From IMG/VR virus record IMGVR_UViG_3300009566_000067, positions 1 through 29,050 of that record: a stretch of DNA of 29,050 nt. One strand, written 5' to 3'. The first letter of the stretch is position 1, and each line of letters begins with the position of its first letter. The notes below the pieces were generated by a model. The model ran no database searches and was not told the DNA's origin. It was given only the letters and a program-made list of their open reading frames with translations. A program made the position numbers and the translations under genes. Origin of the DNA: a virus. Taxonomy: Duplodnaviria > Caudoviricetes. Of the stretch, positions 9,469-18,323 are shown in pieces.

Positions 9469-10091
9469 ATCCTGAACCTCCGGTACTTGGCCAGGATCTC
9501 CTCGACATCCTTGAGGAGGCCTCGCTCGATGCGCGACGTCGACCCGTCCGGGAAGGTGCGGGACGATTCTCCCCACTCCGATCCCTGGGTCTTCTTCCAC
9601 TCGCGGGCGACCTGGATCGCACAGGCCAGCCGAATGTCGTTCGGAAGGGCCGTCTCTCCGGTCCCGGGGGTCACGCCCTGGACGACGAAGCCGGCCGTGA
9701 GCGTGGCCTTCACCGTCTTCGGCCCCTTGAGCCAGACCCCGTTCAGCTTCTCGAGCCTGGCCAGATAGCTCGGAGGCTCGCCGGCGTAGAGGACAAAGTC
9801 CTCGTCGATGCCCTCGGCGAGGAGATCGTCGTCCTCATAGAGTGAGGTGAGGACGCTCACCGGGCCGTTCGGCAGCCGGAGCGTCGGCTTGCCGGGCCCG
9901 TCGAAATAGACGTTCGTGTAGGTCGTCTTGGCCAGTGTCCGCCCGATGTGGGAGTTGAACCATTCCGACACGCTGTCGATAAGCGACTCGAGAAGCGCGT
10001 CATTCGAGGTGTCCGCGGCCGCCGCGAAGGTCGGCCCGAGGTAGGTCTTGAGCTGGTCGAGCGTGATGAGGGACGCGGCGGCGACGGACAT
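9465..10091 (-). CDS. Head-tail connector / adaptor protein (208 aa)
   Basis: LITLDQLKTYL...NDALLESLI...GRTL, LPNGPV, TAGF, LPNDIRLAC and C-terminal EEILAKYRR fit the gp6/gp15-like adaptor pattern. Confidence 0.85.
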   Translation of the reverse strand: MSVAAASLITLDQLKTYLGPTFAAAADTSNDALLESLIDSVSEWFNSHIGRTLAKTTYTNVYFDGPGKPTLRLPNGPVSVLTSLYEDDDLLAEGIDEDFVLYAGEPPSYLARLEKLNGVWLKGPKTVKATLTAGFVVQGVTPGTGETALPNDIRLACAIQVAREWKKTQGSEWGESSRTFPDGSTSRIERGLLKDVEEILAKYRRFRI

Positions 10092-10331
10092 CTATTTTCT
10101 CCCGCCCTTCTTCTTATTCGCCGGAGCGCCCTGTTCCATCTTGTTCTCAGGCGCGCCTTCTTCGGCATTCACCTCGGGTTCTGCGTCGACCTTCGGCGCG
10201 ACGGCCCGGCGGTCTCCGAGGAGAACCTTGGCGATCGGTTCGGGCATCTCGACGACGTCGCCGGCTTTGAAGGATTCCGGACGGATCCCGTCCCGGCAGA
10301 CTGTGTAATCGACCTTCAGTTGGATCTTCAT
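10092..10331 (-). CDS. Small head-associated hypothetical protein (79 aa)
   Basis: Start re-called at MKIQLKVDY (AAAGGTGG SD, downstream of a terminator). FKAGDVVEMPEPIA and APENKM tail are typical of small post-capsid genes. Confidence 0.65.
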   Translation of the reverse strand: MKIQLKVDYTVCRDGIRPESFKAGDVVEMPEPIAKVLLGDRRAVAPKVDAEPEVNAEEGAPENKMEQGAPANKKKGGRK

Positions 10332-10373
10332 TGTTTCCACCTTTGCCGATACGTGCTTGATCGGCTCTCTGTC

Positions 10374-10413
10374 GAAAATAGAGGCGGGGTCCCGTCTACC
10401 GAGACCCCGCCTC
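10374..10413 (-). terminator. Rho-independent terminator after the capsid and decoration genes
   Basis: Minus-strand RNA GAGGCGGGGUC-UCG-GUAGA-CGG-GACCCCGCCUC (11-bp perfect stem, extendable to 14 bp) followed by UAUUUUC. Confidence 0.8.
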
Positions 10414-10442
10414 GTGTCCATTCGTTTCACCCGCGCCTATGC

Positions 10443-10826
10443 TCAGACGGTGGGCGCGTGACGCGGCGAGTGCTTCAGGATGATCGCGCCGCCGATCCCC
10501 GTGCCGGCGGTCGTGTCGACGCGGAGGTACCGCTTGCCGCCGATGTAGGAGAAGACCTTGACCTCGTTGTCCGTGGCCGCGAGGAGCGTGGGCTCGAGTC
10601 CGACCAGGTCGGCGTCCGGGACGGCCGCGGCGTCCGACAGCGCGGCATTGTCACCGTGCATCAGCTGGAACGGCATATCCACGGTGAGCGCGCCCGAGAA
10701 GCAGATGATGAGCGCGCCCTCATAGCCTTGGAGGTCGACGATGGCGTCCCCGGTCTTCGCGGCCGCGCCGAGCGAGGCCGGATTGATCGAGAGCGCCGGA
10801 ACGACGTTGTGGTAGAGTTCTTTCAT
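10443..10826 (-). CDS. Putative capsid decoration / cement protein (127 aa)
   Basis: Immediately after the major capsid gene and before the terminator. Beta-rich, with VDLQGYEG and YIGGKRYLRV motifs. Confidence 0.6.
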   Translation of the reverse strand: MKELYHNVVPALSINPASLGAAAKTGDAIVDLQGYEGALIICFSGALTVDMPFQLMHGDNAALSDAAAVPDADLVGLEPTLLAATDNEVKVFSYIGGKRYLRVDTTAGTGIGGAIILKHSPRHAPTV

Positions 10827-10854
10827 GGCTTGTCTCTCTCTTTCTCCCTCGCCC

Positions 10855-12021
10855 TTACGCCTTCAGGGTGAGGACCTTGACGGCCTCGGCCAGGACGACC
10901 TGGCCGCCGACCCGCTTCCGGGCCGAGATCTCGACGCAGCCCGTGGATTTCGAGGTGTAGGGATCGACCATGACCTCGATGATCACGCGGTCGACGACGA
11001 TGTAGGCCTTCTTGAAGTCGCCGACGGCGACAGCCTTCGCGCTAGCGGCTTCCGCCGGCATGTCCGGGCACTCGATGTAGGGCCGGCCCAGGACCGTGGC
11101 CCCCGCACCGTCCTTGAGGCCGGGCTGCCACATGTAATCGCCGGTCGTCGCGTTCTTGAGGAGCGAGATGGCCAGCGTGGAGGTCCGCTTCCACAGCCAG
11201 TAGGCGTTGCGGGCGTAGGCCTCGGCGAGCGCGTAAAAGACCTGCTTGAGGTCGTCGGCCAGGATCTTGCCGCTCGTGGTCACGCCGGTGAAGCCGGTGA
11301 CCGAGGCATTCATCAGGATGCCCTCGGGCTTGCCGACGGAGTTGCCCGTGACGAAAGCCGTCCCTTCGGCGACGCCGAACTGCTCGCGGAACTCCTCGTT
11401 GATGAAGCCCATGAGGTCGAACGCCGTGTCCTCGAGGTCCTGCTTCGAGACCTTCGCCAGGGCGTACATCTCATGCGTCGGGATCTCCTCGAGCCCGAGC
11501 TTCGGGTTGGTCGTCTCGGCGCGGGTGCCGATCTCGGACACCCAGGAGGCCGAGGCCGAGGAGGTCTTCTTGGGCCACAGCTTGGACTTCGCGGTGGTCG
11601 AGACGACCCGGGCAACCGACCGGATGGGCGAGTAATCGACGAGCCCCTTGATGAGTTCGTTGGTGAACTCGGGGATGGCGACGTAACCGCCGGTCGTGGA
11701 GTCGGCGACCGTCATGGTCTTCCTCTCCTCCGGGGTCAGGGCGTTGATGTCGCCCATCTTCCGGAGGAACTTCTCGAAGGCGGCCTTGGCCGCCCTCTTC
11801 TCGGTCGCCTCGGCGTCGATCGCCGGCATGACCGCGGCCGGGGCCTGGAGCTTGACCAGGGCGGCGGAGATCTCGTCCAGGCGGCCCTGGATCTTCGCCT
11901 GGTACGTGGTGAAGTCGCCGACGCTCACGCGGCCCTTGAGCAGTTCCTCGTTCTTCTGCTGGTAGCCGACGATGAGCTTGGTCTGCTCTTCGATGAGCTT
12001 TTTCAGTTCTTCGGGATCCAT
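10855..12021 (-). CDS. Major capsid protein, HK97 fold (388 aa)
   Basis: N-terminal coiled-coil delta domain, then TTGGYVAIPE, SPIRSVARV, WVSE, GNSVGKPEGI, VLGRPY, VGDFKKAY and RKRVGG. Confidence 0.95.
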   Translation of the reverse strand: MDPEELKKLIEEQTKLIVGYQQKNEELLKGRVSVGDFTTYQAKIQGRLDEISAALVKLQAPAAVMPAIDAEATEKRAAKAAFEKFLRKMGDINALTPEERKTMTVADSTTGGYVAIPEFTNELIKGLVDYSPIRSVARVVSTTAKSKLWPKKTSSASASWVSEIGTRAETTNPKLGLEEIPTHEMYALAKVSKQDLEDTAFDLMGFINEEFREQFGVAEGTAFVTGNSVGKPEGILMNASVTGFTGVTTSGKILADDLKQVFYALAEAYARNAYWLWKRTSTLAISLLKNATTGDYMWQPGLKDGAGATVLGRPYIECPDMPAEAASAKAVAVGDFKKAYIVVDRVIIEVMVDPYTSKSTGCVEISARKRVGGQVVLAEAVKVLTLKA

Positions 12022-12030
12022 ATGTCCCTC

Positions 12031-12645
12031 TCAGATGTGGAGTAAGCTCCTCGATTTCTCGAGCGAGCTGCGGACGGCCTTGCCGATCATGGCCAGGGCG
12101 TCCTTATCGAGCGGCTTCTTGGCGGCAGGAGTGGCCGGGGCCGGCTCCTCTCCAGGAAGTGCCTTTGACTTGACTTCCTCGATCTCGGCGTCGGGACAGG
12201 CCTGAAAGACGCAGGGAGAGCCCTCCCAGAGGTTGATCTCCTTGAGCGTCCGCACGCCCGTCTCGTTGTCGATCTCCTTCTTCACGACCGTGTACCCGAT
12301 CGACAGGCCCACGACGGCGCCCTGGGCCATGAGCGAGCGAATCTCTCGGGCTCGCTGCACGTCGAGGTTCAGGCGTCCGGTGATGAAAAGCCCCTTCTCG
12401 TCCTCAACGCCCGTGGCGACGCCAATTGGCTCCATCCAGTCGTGGGACCAGAGAAGCGGGAACTGCTTCTTCTCCCGTAGGGTCTTCTTGAACGCTCCCC
12501 GCTTGACGACGTCACCGTAGGAGTCGACGACGTCGAAGACCGAGAGGTAGCCGCTGAACGTGCCGGCCTCGGTCTCCCCCTCGCCGAGGGTGTACTTGAA
12601 CTCGATATTCTTGCGCTCGATCGTGATCTTCGGCTTCTCGGGCAT
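12031..12645 (-). CDS. HK97-family prohead maturation protease (204 aa)
   Basis: FSGYLSVFDVVDSYGDVVKRGAF, LLWSHD...PIG, EDEKGL, GLSIGY and LKEINLWEGS. Confidence 0.95.
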   Translation of the reverse strand: MPEKPKITIERKNIEFKYTLGEGETEAGTFSGYLSVFDVVDSYGDVVKRGAFKKTLREKKQFPLLWSHDWMEPIGVATGVEDEKGLFITGRLNLDVQRAREIRSLMAQGAVVGLSIGYTVVKKEIDNETGVRTLKEINLWEGSPCVFQACPDAEIEEVKSKALPGEEPAPATPAAKKPLDKDALAMIGKAVRSSLEKSRSLLHI

Positions 12646-12657
12646 ATCGTTCCTCCT

Positions 12658-14853
12658 CTAGGCCTCTGGGACCACGGGATAGACGCTGCAGAGGCAGCCG
12701 CAGACGTTCTCCGCGCTTCCCTTCGGATCTCCGGGATACTCCAGATCCTCGCCGTCGACACTGAAGGTCCCGTCGAGCGGGACCTCCGTCCCGTCCTCCT
12801 CGACATGGGCCGGGCGGCTCGTCGGCAACTTCGAGCACAGCCAGCCCTTTTGCTCCACGAACTCAGTCTGTTTGTAGCCCTCCGTCTGGCCCCAGTTGTC
12901 CACTTTGGCCGACTCGGTCTTTGCCCAGAGCCGTGAGCGCCAGGGCGCAAAATCAGCGACCTTCTCGCCGATCCGCTGGGAGAACTCCGAGACGGTCCAG
13001 TTCTCCACGTGCGCTTGGTTGATAAGGTCGTTGATCGTCTTGAGGGTCGTCTCATTGACCTTCGTCCCAGACTTGAAGACCATGTCCTTGAGCTTGGCCT
13101 CCTGCTCGGAGGTCAGGTGGAAGAACCACGAGTCCGCCGGCGCATCCTCTTTCCGGAGAAGGCTCTTGAACTCGGCGTCGTCGAACATCTCGCCCTTGGA
13201 AGCCCGCATGCCGGCGTTGCCGGCCCGGATGAAGTGGTCGACGTACCAAGCCATGAAAGCTTGGCTGTACCGCTTGGCCTCGTCCTTGACGCTGAAGAGA
13301 TCGGTCCCGTAGAGGGTATCGAGCGAGCCGAGCCTGGCGGCGCGCTGCCTGAGGCCCTCGGCCTGGGTCCTGATGTAGGACTTGGCGACCTGCTCGAAGC
13401 TCTTCTCGCGGGCCTTGACCCTGAGCTCGAACGACTGCCACAGCCGCTTCTTGCGCTCTGGGTCCGTCCAGAAGGACTTGTGGGCCGGCAGGGCGCCGAG
13501 GATCTTCTCCATCGGGCCGGCCAGGGCCTTGCCATCGTCCACGTCGTCGCCAGCCTCATCCGTACCGCTCCCGGCCCCGCTGGGCTCACCGTCCGCCCCG
13601 GCAGCAGGCTCGTCCTCAGCAGCCATCTCGAGCGGGATCCGGCCGATCGGGACGAGGATGACTTTCCCCGCCTTGCCGCCGACCGGTTCCAGGCCGAGCG
13701 CTACACGCTTCTCGTCTACCCGCATGACAGAGCAGTTCTCGATGTAGGCGTACTTCGCCGCCCGGTCCTCCTGGAGCGCCTCGATCTTGTCGCGGTCGAT
13801 GTCGAGCCGTCGGTTCGGTCCGAACATCGGACAGAGCCAGGAGTTGAGATCGTCCCGAAACTCCTCCATGAGCGGCAGGACTGTCTCCAGATAGAGGCCT
13901 TTGCGGGCCTCCTGCTTGTTCGAGTAGGTGGCAAACTCGGCGTCACCGACGAGACAGGGGTCGATGTTGAAGACGGAACAGATGTCCCGTTTCGTGAGCT
14001 TCGTCGAGTTCAGCCAGTCGAGCTCCTTCGCGGTCATGGCGAAGGGGATCCATTTAAGCCCGCCGGAGAGCAGCAAAGGAGCGGCGGCGTTTTCGTAGCC
14101 CTGCCACTCGTCCTTCATCAGCTGGTTGAGTTCATTGAACTGGTCCCTGTTCAAGAACGTATCGGTCGAGAGCGCGCCCGGCGGCCTCATGTCGTTCTGG
14201 AGGACTCGCATGTTCCACTCAGCCGACATGTTGATCGTGTCGATCCCGTGCGAGGCGACCTCAAGAGGCGACAGGCCGTAGAAGTCGTGCGTTGGGTGGA
14301 AGAGCTTCGAGTGCATGACCTGGCCGAACTCGAAGTCCTGCTCCCTGCCGTTGAGCGTGTAGCGGTATCCCCCGACAAGCTGGCCGCCGGAGCCAGGCAG
14401 GATCTGCATCCGGTCGGGCCTGGCCAGCCACAGGGCAAGAGGCGGCTGACTCCCGATCCGGCCGGCGATGATGTATGAATTGCCGGAGAGCAGCATGTAG
14501 GCGAAGTGCTTGGTGATGAACCGCCGCTTGGCCTCGTTCTCGTTCGGCCTCATAAGGAGCGGCAGCACGCTCGGAGTCGCATCCTCTTTCTCGTCCTCGC
14601 CGTCGAACTCCTTCCATTCGATCCCCGCGGCGGCCCTGGTGATCTGGTTGACGCAGGCATAGGCAGTCATGCAGTTCTGGTATCCGGCCTTGGACAGCTC
14701 GTCGTAGCGGGCCGGTGTCCAGGCCGGTTGCTTTCCCAGGCCAAGGGCCGCCAGGATGAGGCGTGAGAGAGGGTTTTCGGTCCCGAAGCCGCGCGCCTTC
14801 CGACGGGGCAGATCGCCGAACAGAACGAAGCGGGCGCGGTCGATCATGTTCAT
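12658..14853 (-). CDS. HK97-family portal protein fused to a C-terminal MuF-like minor head domain (731 aa)
   Basis: Portal motifs (AYACVNQI, LSGNSYI, FYGLSPL, DICSVFNIDP...ATYSN, ETVLPL) run to about aa 410. An acidic Gly/Ala linker follows, then MuF-type R.RLWAKTE...KGWL...SRPAH...DG...F.VDG..LEYPGDP.GSAENVCGCLC. Confidence 0.85.
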   Translation of the reverse strand: MNMIDRARFVLFGDLPRRKARGFGTENPLSRLILAALGLGKQPAWTPARYDELSKAGYQNCMTAYACVNQITRAAAGIEWKEFDGEDEKEDATPSVLPLLMRPNENEAKRRFITKHFAYMLLSGNSYIIAGRIGSQPPLALWLARPDRMQILPGSGGQLVGGYRYTLNGREQDFEFGQVMHSKLFHPTHDFYGLSPLEVASHGIDTINMSAEWNMRVLQNDMRPPGALSTDTFLNRDQFNELNQLMKDEWQGYENAAAPLLLSGGLKWIPFAMTAKELDWLNSTKLTKRDICSVFNIDPCLVGDAEFATYSNKQEARKGLYLETVLPLMEEFRDDLNSWLCPMFGPNRRLDIDRDKIEALQEDRAAKYAYIENCSVMRVDEKRVALGLEPVGGKAGKVILVPIGRIPLEMAAEDEPAAGADGEPSGAGSGTDEAGDDVDDGKALAGPMEKILGALPAHKSFWTDPERKKRLWQSFELRVKAREKSFEQVAKSYIRTQAEGLRQRAARLGSLDTLYGTDLFSVKDEAKRYSQAFMAWYVDHFIRAGNAGMRASKGEMFDDAEFKSLLRKEDAPADSWFFHLTSEQEAKLKDMVFKSGTKVNETTLKTINDLINQAHVENWTVSEFSQRIGEKVADFAPWRSRLWAKTESAKVDNWGQTEGYKQTEFVEQKGWLCSKLPTSRPAHVEEDGTEVPLDGTFSVDGEDLEYPGDPKGSAENVCGCLCSVYPVVPEA

Positions 14854-16331
14854 GCCAATCTCCCGATGAGAGGAAGGGCAATCCTGGGGTTATGGAAGCA
14901 GAGCAGGAAGGCGTCCGCCTCGTCTGGGCTGCGGAATCCGCGGGCCTTGTAGTCGTCCTTGGACTCAACGGCCCGCCGACCCTTCTTATCAAGCGGCTTC
15001 GACTTCCGGTTGACGAGCTCCGCCTTCAGCCGGTCGGATGCCGCGCACGCGATCTCGTGGACAAGCTGCCCGACCTCGAACCACATCTCGGAGATCATGT
15101 TGGTGTACTTGTCGGGATCATTAGCCGCGGCCCCGAAGACGACCGGGACCACGTTGAATCCTTTGGCCTGAAGAATGTCCACGACGCCGCCGCCTACGCC
15201 CGTGTCGTCGATCTTGATGCGGATCGTCTTGTTCTGGCCGGCGAAGCGGGCGACCTCTTCGGCGATAAAGACCGTCCGAGCCTTCTCCGGCAGCTGGGGC
15301 GTGGCGATGATCTTCTTGTCGACGACCTTCAGCCCCTTGCGCCGGTACATGACCGTGTCGTCGGTCCCGCCCCTGGCCACGTCGACGCCGATCTCCTCCT
15401 GGCCAGTCGCGTCGAAATCGGGGGTGGCATCGTTACGGATCATCTGCTCGACCTGGGAGAGCTTGATAATCGAGTCGGCGCCGGCGTCACAGATCTCGCC
15501 CAGGACCTTGGTCTGGAAGAGGACTGATTCCTCACCCCATTCCTGCTTGCACTCCGCGATCCACTCCGGCCCGGCCATCTGGATGTTCATGGCCTCCGGT
15601 TCGGTGAACGTGCGCTTGAAAATATCGGGGCGCTGAAGGTCCGGCATGTCGAGCCCGCGGAACTTCTCGCCCGTGACGAAAGGCGAGTCGTGGGCCGAGA
15701 CGTGGATCCGGGCCCAGCCGGTATTATTCCCTTGGAATATCTTCCAGTACTCGTCTCCGACCTGAACCCCGTCCGTCGTGGAGATGGCGAGCTCCCGGCA
15801 GAATCCGCTCGTCATCGAGCCGGAGACCGACTTCCAGAGCCACTGCGGAATCCCCTTGGCCTCGTCGAGGATAAAGAGGATCGCGGGGGCATGCCAGCCC
15901 TCGGCCCTGGCCGGGCTATCGGTTGAGAAGCCGATTGCGTAGTGGTCGGGATTCTCCTCGTCCTTGATCTCTGTCATGAGGCATTCGCCCCCAAGGGTGA
16001 GCCGGCTGCGGGTATAGATCGTCCGGATCTCCGACCATAGGAGCTTGGCCATCTGCGTCCAAGTCGGGGCCGTGGTGATGACCTTGGAGCTAGGGACGCA
16101 GTTGAGGAACCAGACGGCGGCCTCAGCCGCGGAGAACGTCTTCGAGACCGAGTGGGATGCCCGGACGGCCGTCCGCTTATTCTCGGCGACCGAGCGCAAG
16201 ATCTCCCGCTGCTTCGACCAGGTCCTGTGGCCCAGGGCGTGCTCGATAAAGAAAACAGGATCCCGCCGATAATTGACCAGCAGGGCGGCCATCACCTGGC
16301 GGGTCTCCGGGTCAAGCGTCTGCGCCTGCAT
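14850..16331 (-). CDS. terL: Terminase large subunit (493 aa)
   Basis: Walker A-like RASHSVSKT, ITTAPTWTQ, Walker B ILFILDEA, and nuclease motifs GVDVARGGTD, DDTGVGGG and SPDEADA. Confidence 0.92.
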   Translation of the reverse strand: MQAQTLDPETRQVMAALLVNYRRDPVFFIEHALGHRTWSKQREILRSVAENKRTAVRASHSVSKTFSAAEAAVWFLNCVPSSKVITTAPTWTQMAKLLWSEIRTIYTRSRLTLGGECLMTEIKDEENPDHYAIGFSTDSPARAEGWHAPAILFILDEAKGIPQWLWKSVSGSMTSGFCRELAISTTDGVQVGDEYWKIFQGNNTGWARIHVSAHDSPFVTGEKFRGLDMPDLQRPDIFKRTFTEPEAMNIQMAGPEWIAECKQEWGEESVLFQTKVLGEICDAGADSIIKLSQVEQMIRNDATPDFDATGQEEIGVDVARGGTDDTVMYRRKGLKVVDKKIIATPQLPEKARTVFIAEEVARFAGQNKTIRIKIDDTGVGGGVVDILQAKGFNVVPVVFGAAANDPDKYTNMISEMWFEVGQLVHEIACAASDRLKAELVNRKSKPLDKKGRRAVESKDDYKARGFRSPDEADAFLLCFHNPRIALPLIGRLA

Positions 16332-16716
16332 TCTCGGCTTCCTTCATGGACTTCTTCATGGCCTCGAGCGAGAGCTTGCCGGTGAGGGTCAAGCTGCCGT
16401 CTATCTGCTGCCGGTCTCGCCAAAGATCCGGGCGGCGGTTCTTGAGCCAGAAGATTGCGGCCGCGTCGCTTCCGGCGAGAGCCCGCTTGTAGAGGCTCTG
16501 CGTGACCTGGAAGTCGGCTTTGAGCTTTCCCCTTTTTAGGGACTGCAAAAAGTCGGGGCTCGTTTTCTTCCAGTAATTGAGTGTCCGGGCCGAGATCCCG
16601 AGGACGATCGCGATCTCCTCGTCGGTGAGGCCCATGCTGGCGATGACCTCGACCTGGTCGAGGCTGATCTGGTCCGCCTTGGTGGGCCTGCCGAGCTTCG
16701 CGACCGGGATCTTCAC
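16312..16716 (-). CDS. terS: Terminase small subunit (134 aa)
   Basis: GRPTK, HTH (GLTDEEIAIVLGISARTLNYWKK), SLYKRA and AAIFWLKNRRPDLWRD; directly upstream of terL. Confidence 0.88.
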   Translation of the reverse strand: MKIPVAKLGRPTKADQISLDQVEVIASMGLTDEEIAIVLGISARTLNYWKKTSPDFLQSLKRGKLKADFQVTQSLYKRALAGSDAAAIFWLKNRRPDLWRDRQQIDGSLTLTGKLSLEAMKKSMKEAENAGADA

Positions 16717-18035
16717 TTCGCGTTCCTCCGAATCTCGCGTTCGGCAATGCCCGTGTACTTGGAAAAGCGCTGGATGATGACGTCGCAGTACTTGGGATCG
16801 AGTTCCATGAGGAAGGCGTTCCGACCGGCCTTCTCAGCAGCGATGAGGGTTGAGCCGGACCCGCCGAAGAGGTCAAGAACGTTCTCTCCCTTCTTCGAGG
16901 AGCACTCCATCGCGCGCTCGGCAAGCTCCACGGGCTTCTCTGTCAGGTGGACCATGCTGCTGGGATTCACCTTCTTGACCGACCATACGTCGGTGACGTT
17001 GGAAGGCCCAAAGAACTTATGAGCAGCGCCCTCGCGCCATCCGTAGAAACACCATTCGTGATTGCCCATGAAGTCCTTACGGGTGAGGACGGGATGTTCC
17101 TTGACCCAGATGATGGCCTGGCTGAAATAGAGGCCGCATTCGCGCAGTGCGGGCGGGTAGTTTCCGCAGTTTGCATAGCCGCCCCAGATGTAGAAGGAGC
17201 GCCCAGGCTCGAGCACGCGGGCTATGCTGCCGAACCAAGCCCGAAGGAGCGTCTCGAATTCAGCGTCAGGTAGAAAGTCGTTCTCGAGCGGCCGGTCCTT
17301 GGCGCGCATCTTGACGCTCGCCGGCGACTTCCTGCCCCTGGGCTTTCGGGCGGTGTCGAAGGCCTGATGGTGCTTTAGGTCACCTTTGGCCTTAGCCGCG
17401 GCGATCGCGTTATTCGACCTGGGCTCCACCTTGACGTTGTAGGGCGGGTCGGTGTTTACCAGATGGATCTTGGCCCCGTTGAGCAGAGCGTCGAGATCTC
17501 CGGCGTTCCCGCTGTCGCCACACATGAGTCGGTGCCGTCCGAGTCGGAATACCTGTCCCTGTTTTGTTACTGCCGGTGAATCATCGATCTCGGGGACGGC
17601 GTTCGCTTTGTCGTCAAAATCAGGTCCGAAGTCTTCCAGGAGTCTCCGAAGGTCGACTGTATTTCCCAGATCGACATGGAAATCGGCGAGTTCGATTTTG
17701 GCCATGTAGGGCTGCAGAAGCTCGGCCAGCTTGTCATCCTCGTAGTGGCCAGCCCGGTCGTTGTCGGAGAGGGCGAACTCGATCTTCTGCGCCTCATCCT
17801 TGGGCTTGACGACCGAGATCTCGACCTCTTTGACCCCAAGCTCCTGGAGCGCCCGGATCCGCATGTTGCCGCCTAGGACGACGTACTTGTCCTTCTCGCG
17901 GAAACAGACCAGGGGCTTATAGACCCCGAGCTTCAGGATCTGGCGCTTCAGGCGCTCAAAGTCCAAGGTCTTGATGCCCCGGGGATTCTTGTCCCAGGGG
18001 ATGACCTTGGAGATCGTGACCTTGCGGATGTCCAT
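16713..18035 (-). CDS. ParB/Srx-domain plus N6/N4 DNA methyltransferase (440 aa)
   Basis: Start re-called at MDIRKVT (18035). ParB-like NPR...LGGNMRIRA...DN. MTase motifs HRLMCGDS, TDPPYN, HLTEKPVEL, VLDLFGGSGSTLIA and ELDPKYCDVI in beta-class order. Confidence 0.9.
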   Translation of the reverse strand: MDIRKVTISKVIPWDKNPRGIKTLDFERLKRQILKLGVYKPLVCFREKDKYVVLGGNMRIRALQELGVKEVEISVVKPKDEAQKIEFALSDNDRAGHYEDDKLAELLQPYMAKIELADFHVDLGNTVDLRRLLEDFGPDFDDKANAVPEIDDSPAVTKQGQVFRLGRHRLMCGDSGNAGDLDALLNGAKIHLVNTDPPYNVKVEPRSNNAIAAAKAKGDLKHHQAFDTARKPRGRKSPASVKMRAKDRPLENDFLPDAEFETLLRAWFGSIARVLEPGRSFYIWGGYANCGNYPPALRECGLYFSQAIIWVKEHPVLTRKDFMGNHEWCFYGWREGAAHKFFGPSNVTDVWSVKKVNPSSMVHLTEKPVELAERAMECSSKKGENVLDLFGGSGSTLIAAEKAGRNAFLMELDPKYCDVIIQRFSKYTGIAEREIRRNAK

Positions 18036-18042
18036 GTTCTGC

Positions 18043-18312
18043 TTACTTCTCCCCCTGGCGGGCGTTGATCGTCCGTTCGATGGCCTTGACCGTGGCCTCG
18101 ATCCCTGCGACTTGGGCCGGCAACGGCCGCAGGGAAAGGACGCACTCCTCAAGACGGGCGATCTTCTCACCCTGGGCGTTGATCTTTTCCTCGAGCTTCG
18201 ATTTACCCGCCCCGCCGCTGAACAGGCCCTGGGCGATGATCGTGAGCAGCGCGACGATGAGGCCGATTGTCTTTAGGGCCTCGACGTTGAACTTGGAGTT
18301 CCCGTTCGTCAT
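18043..18312 (-). CDS. Small membrane protein of the lysis cassette (one TM plus coiled coil, 89 aa)
   Basis: TM segment IGLIVALLTIIAQGLF followed by a coiled coil. GGAGG SD; adjacent to the lysis genes. Confidence 0.6.
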   Translation of the reverse strand: MTNGNSKFNVEALKTIGLIVALLTIIAQGLFSGGAGKSKLEEKINAQGEKIARLEECVLSLRPLPAQVAGIEATVKAIERTINARQGEK

Positions 18313-18323
18313 TCCCGCCTCCC

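Noticed and set aside
10827-10854. Purine-rich (GA)n tract between the capsid and decoration genes
   Set aside because: It is short and explained by an extended ribosome-binding region; no structure was seen.
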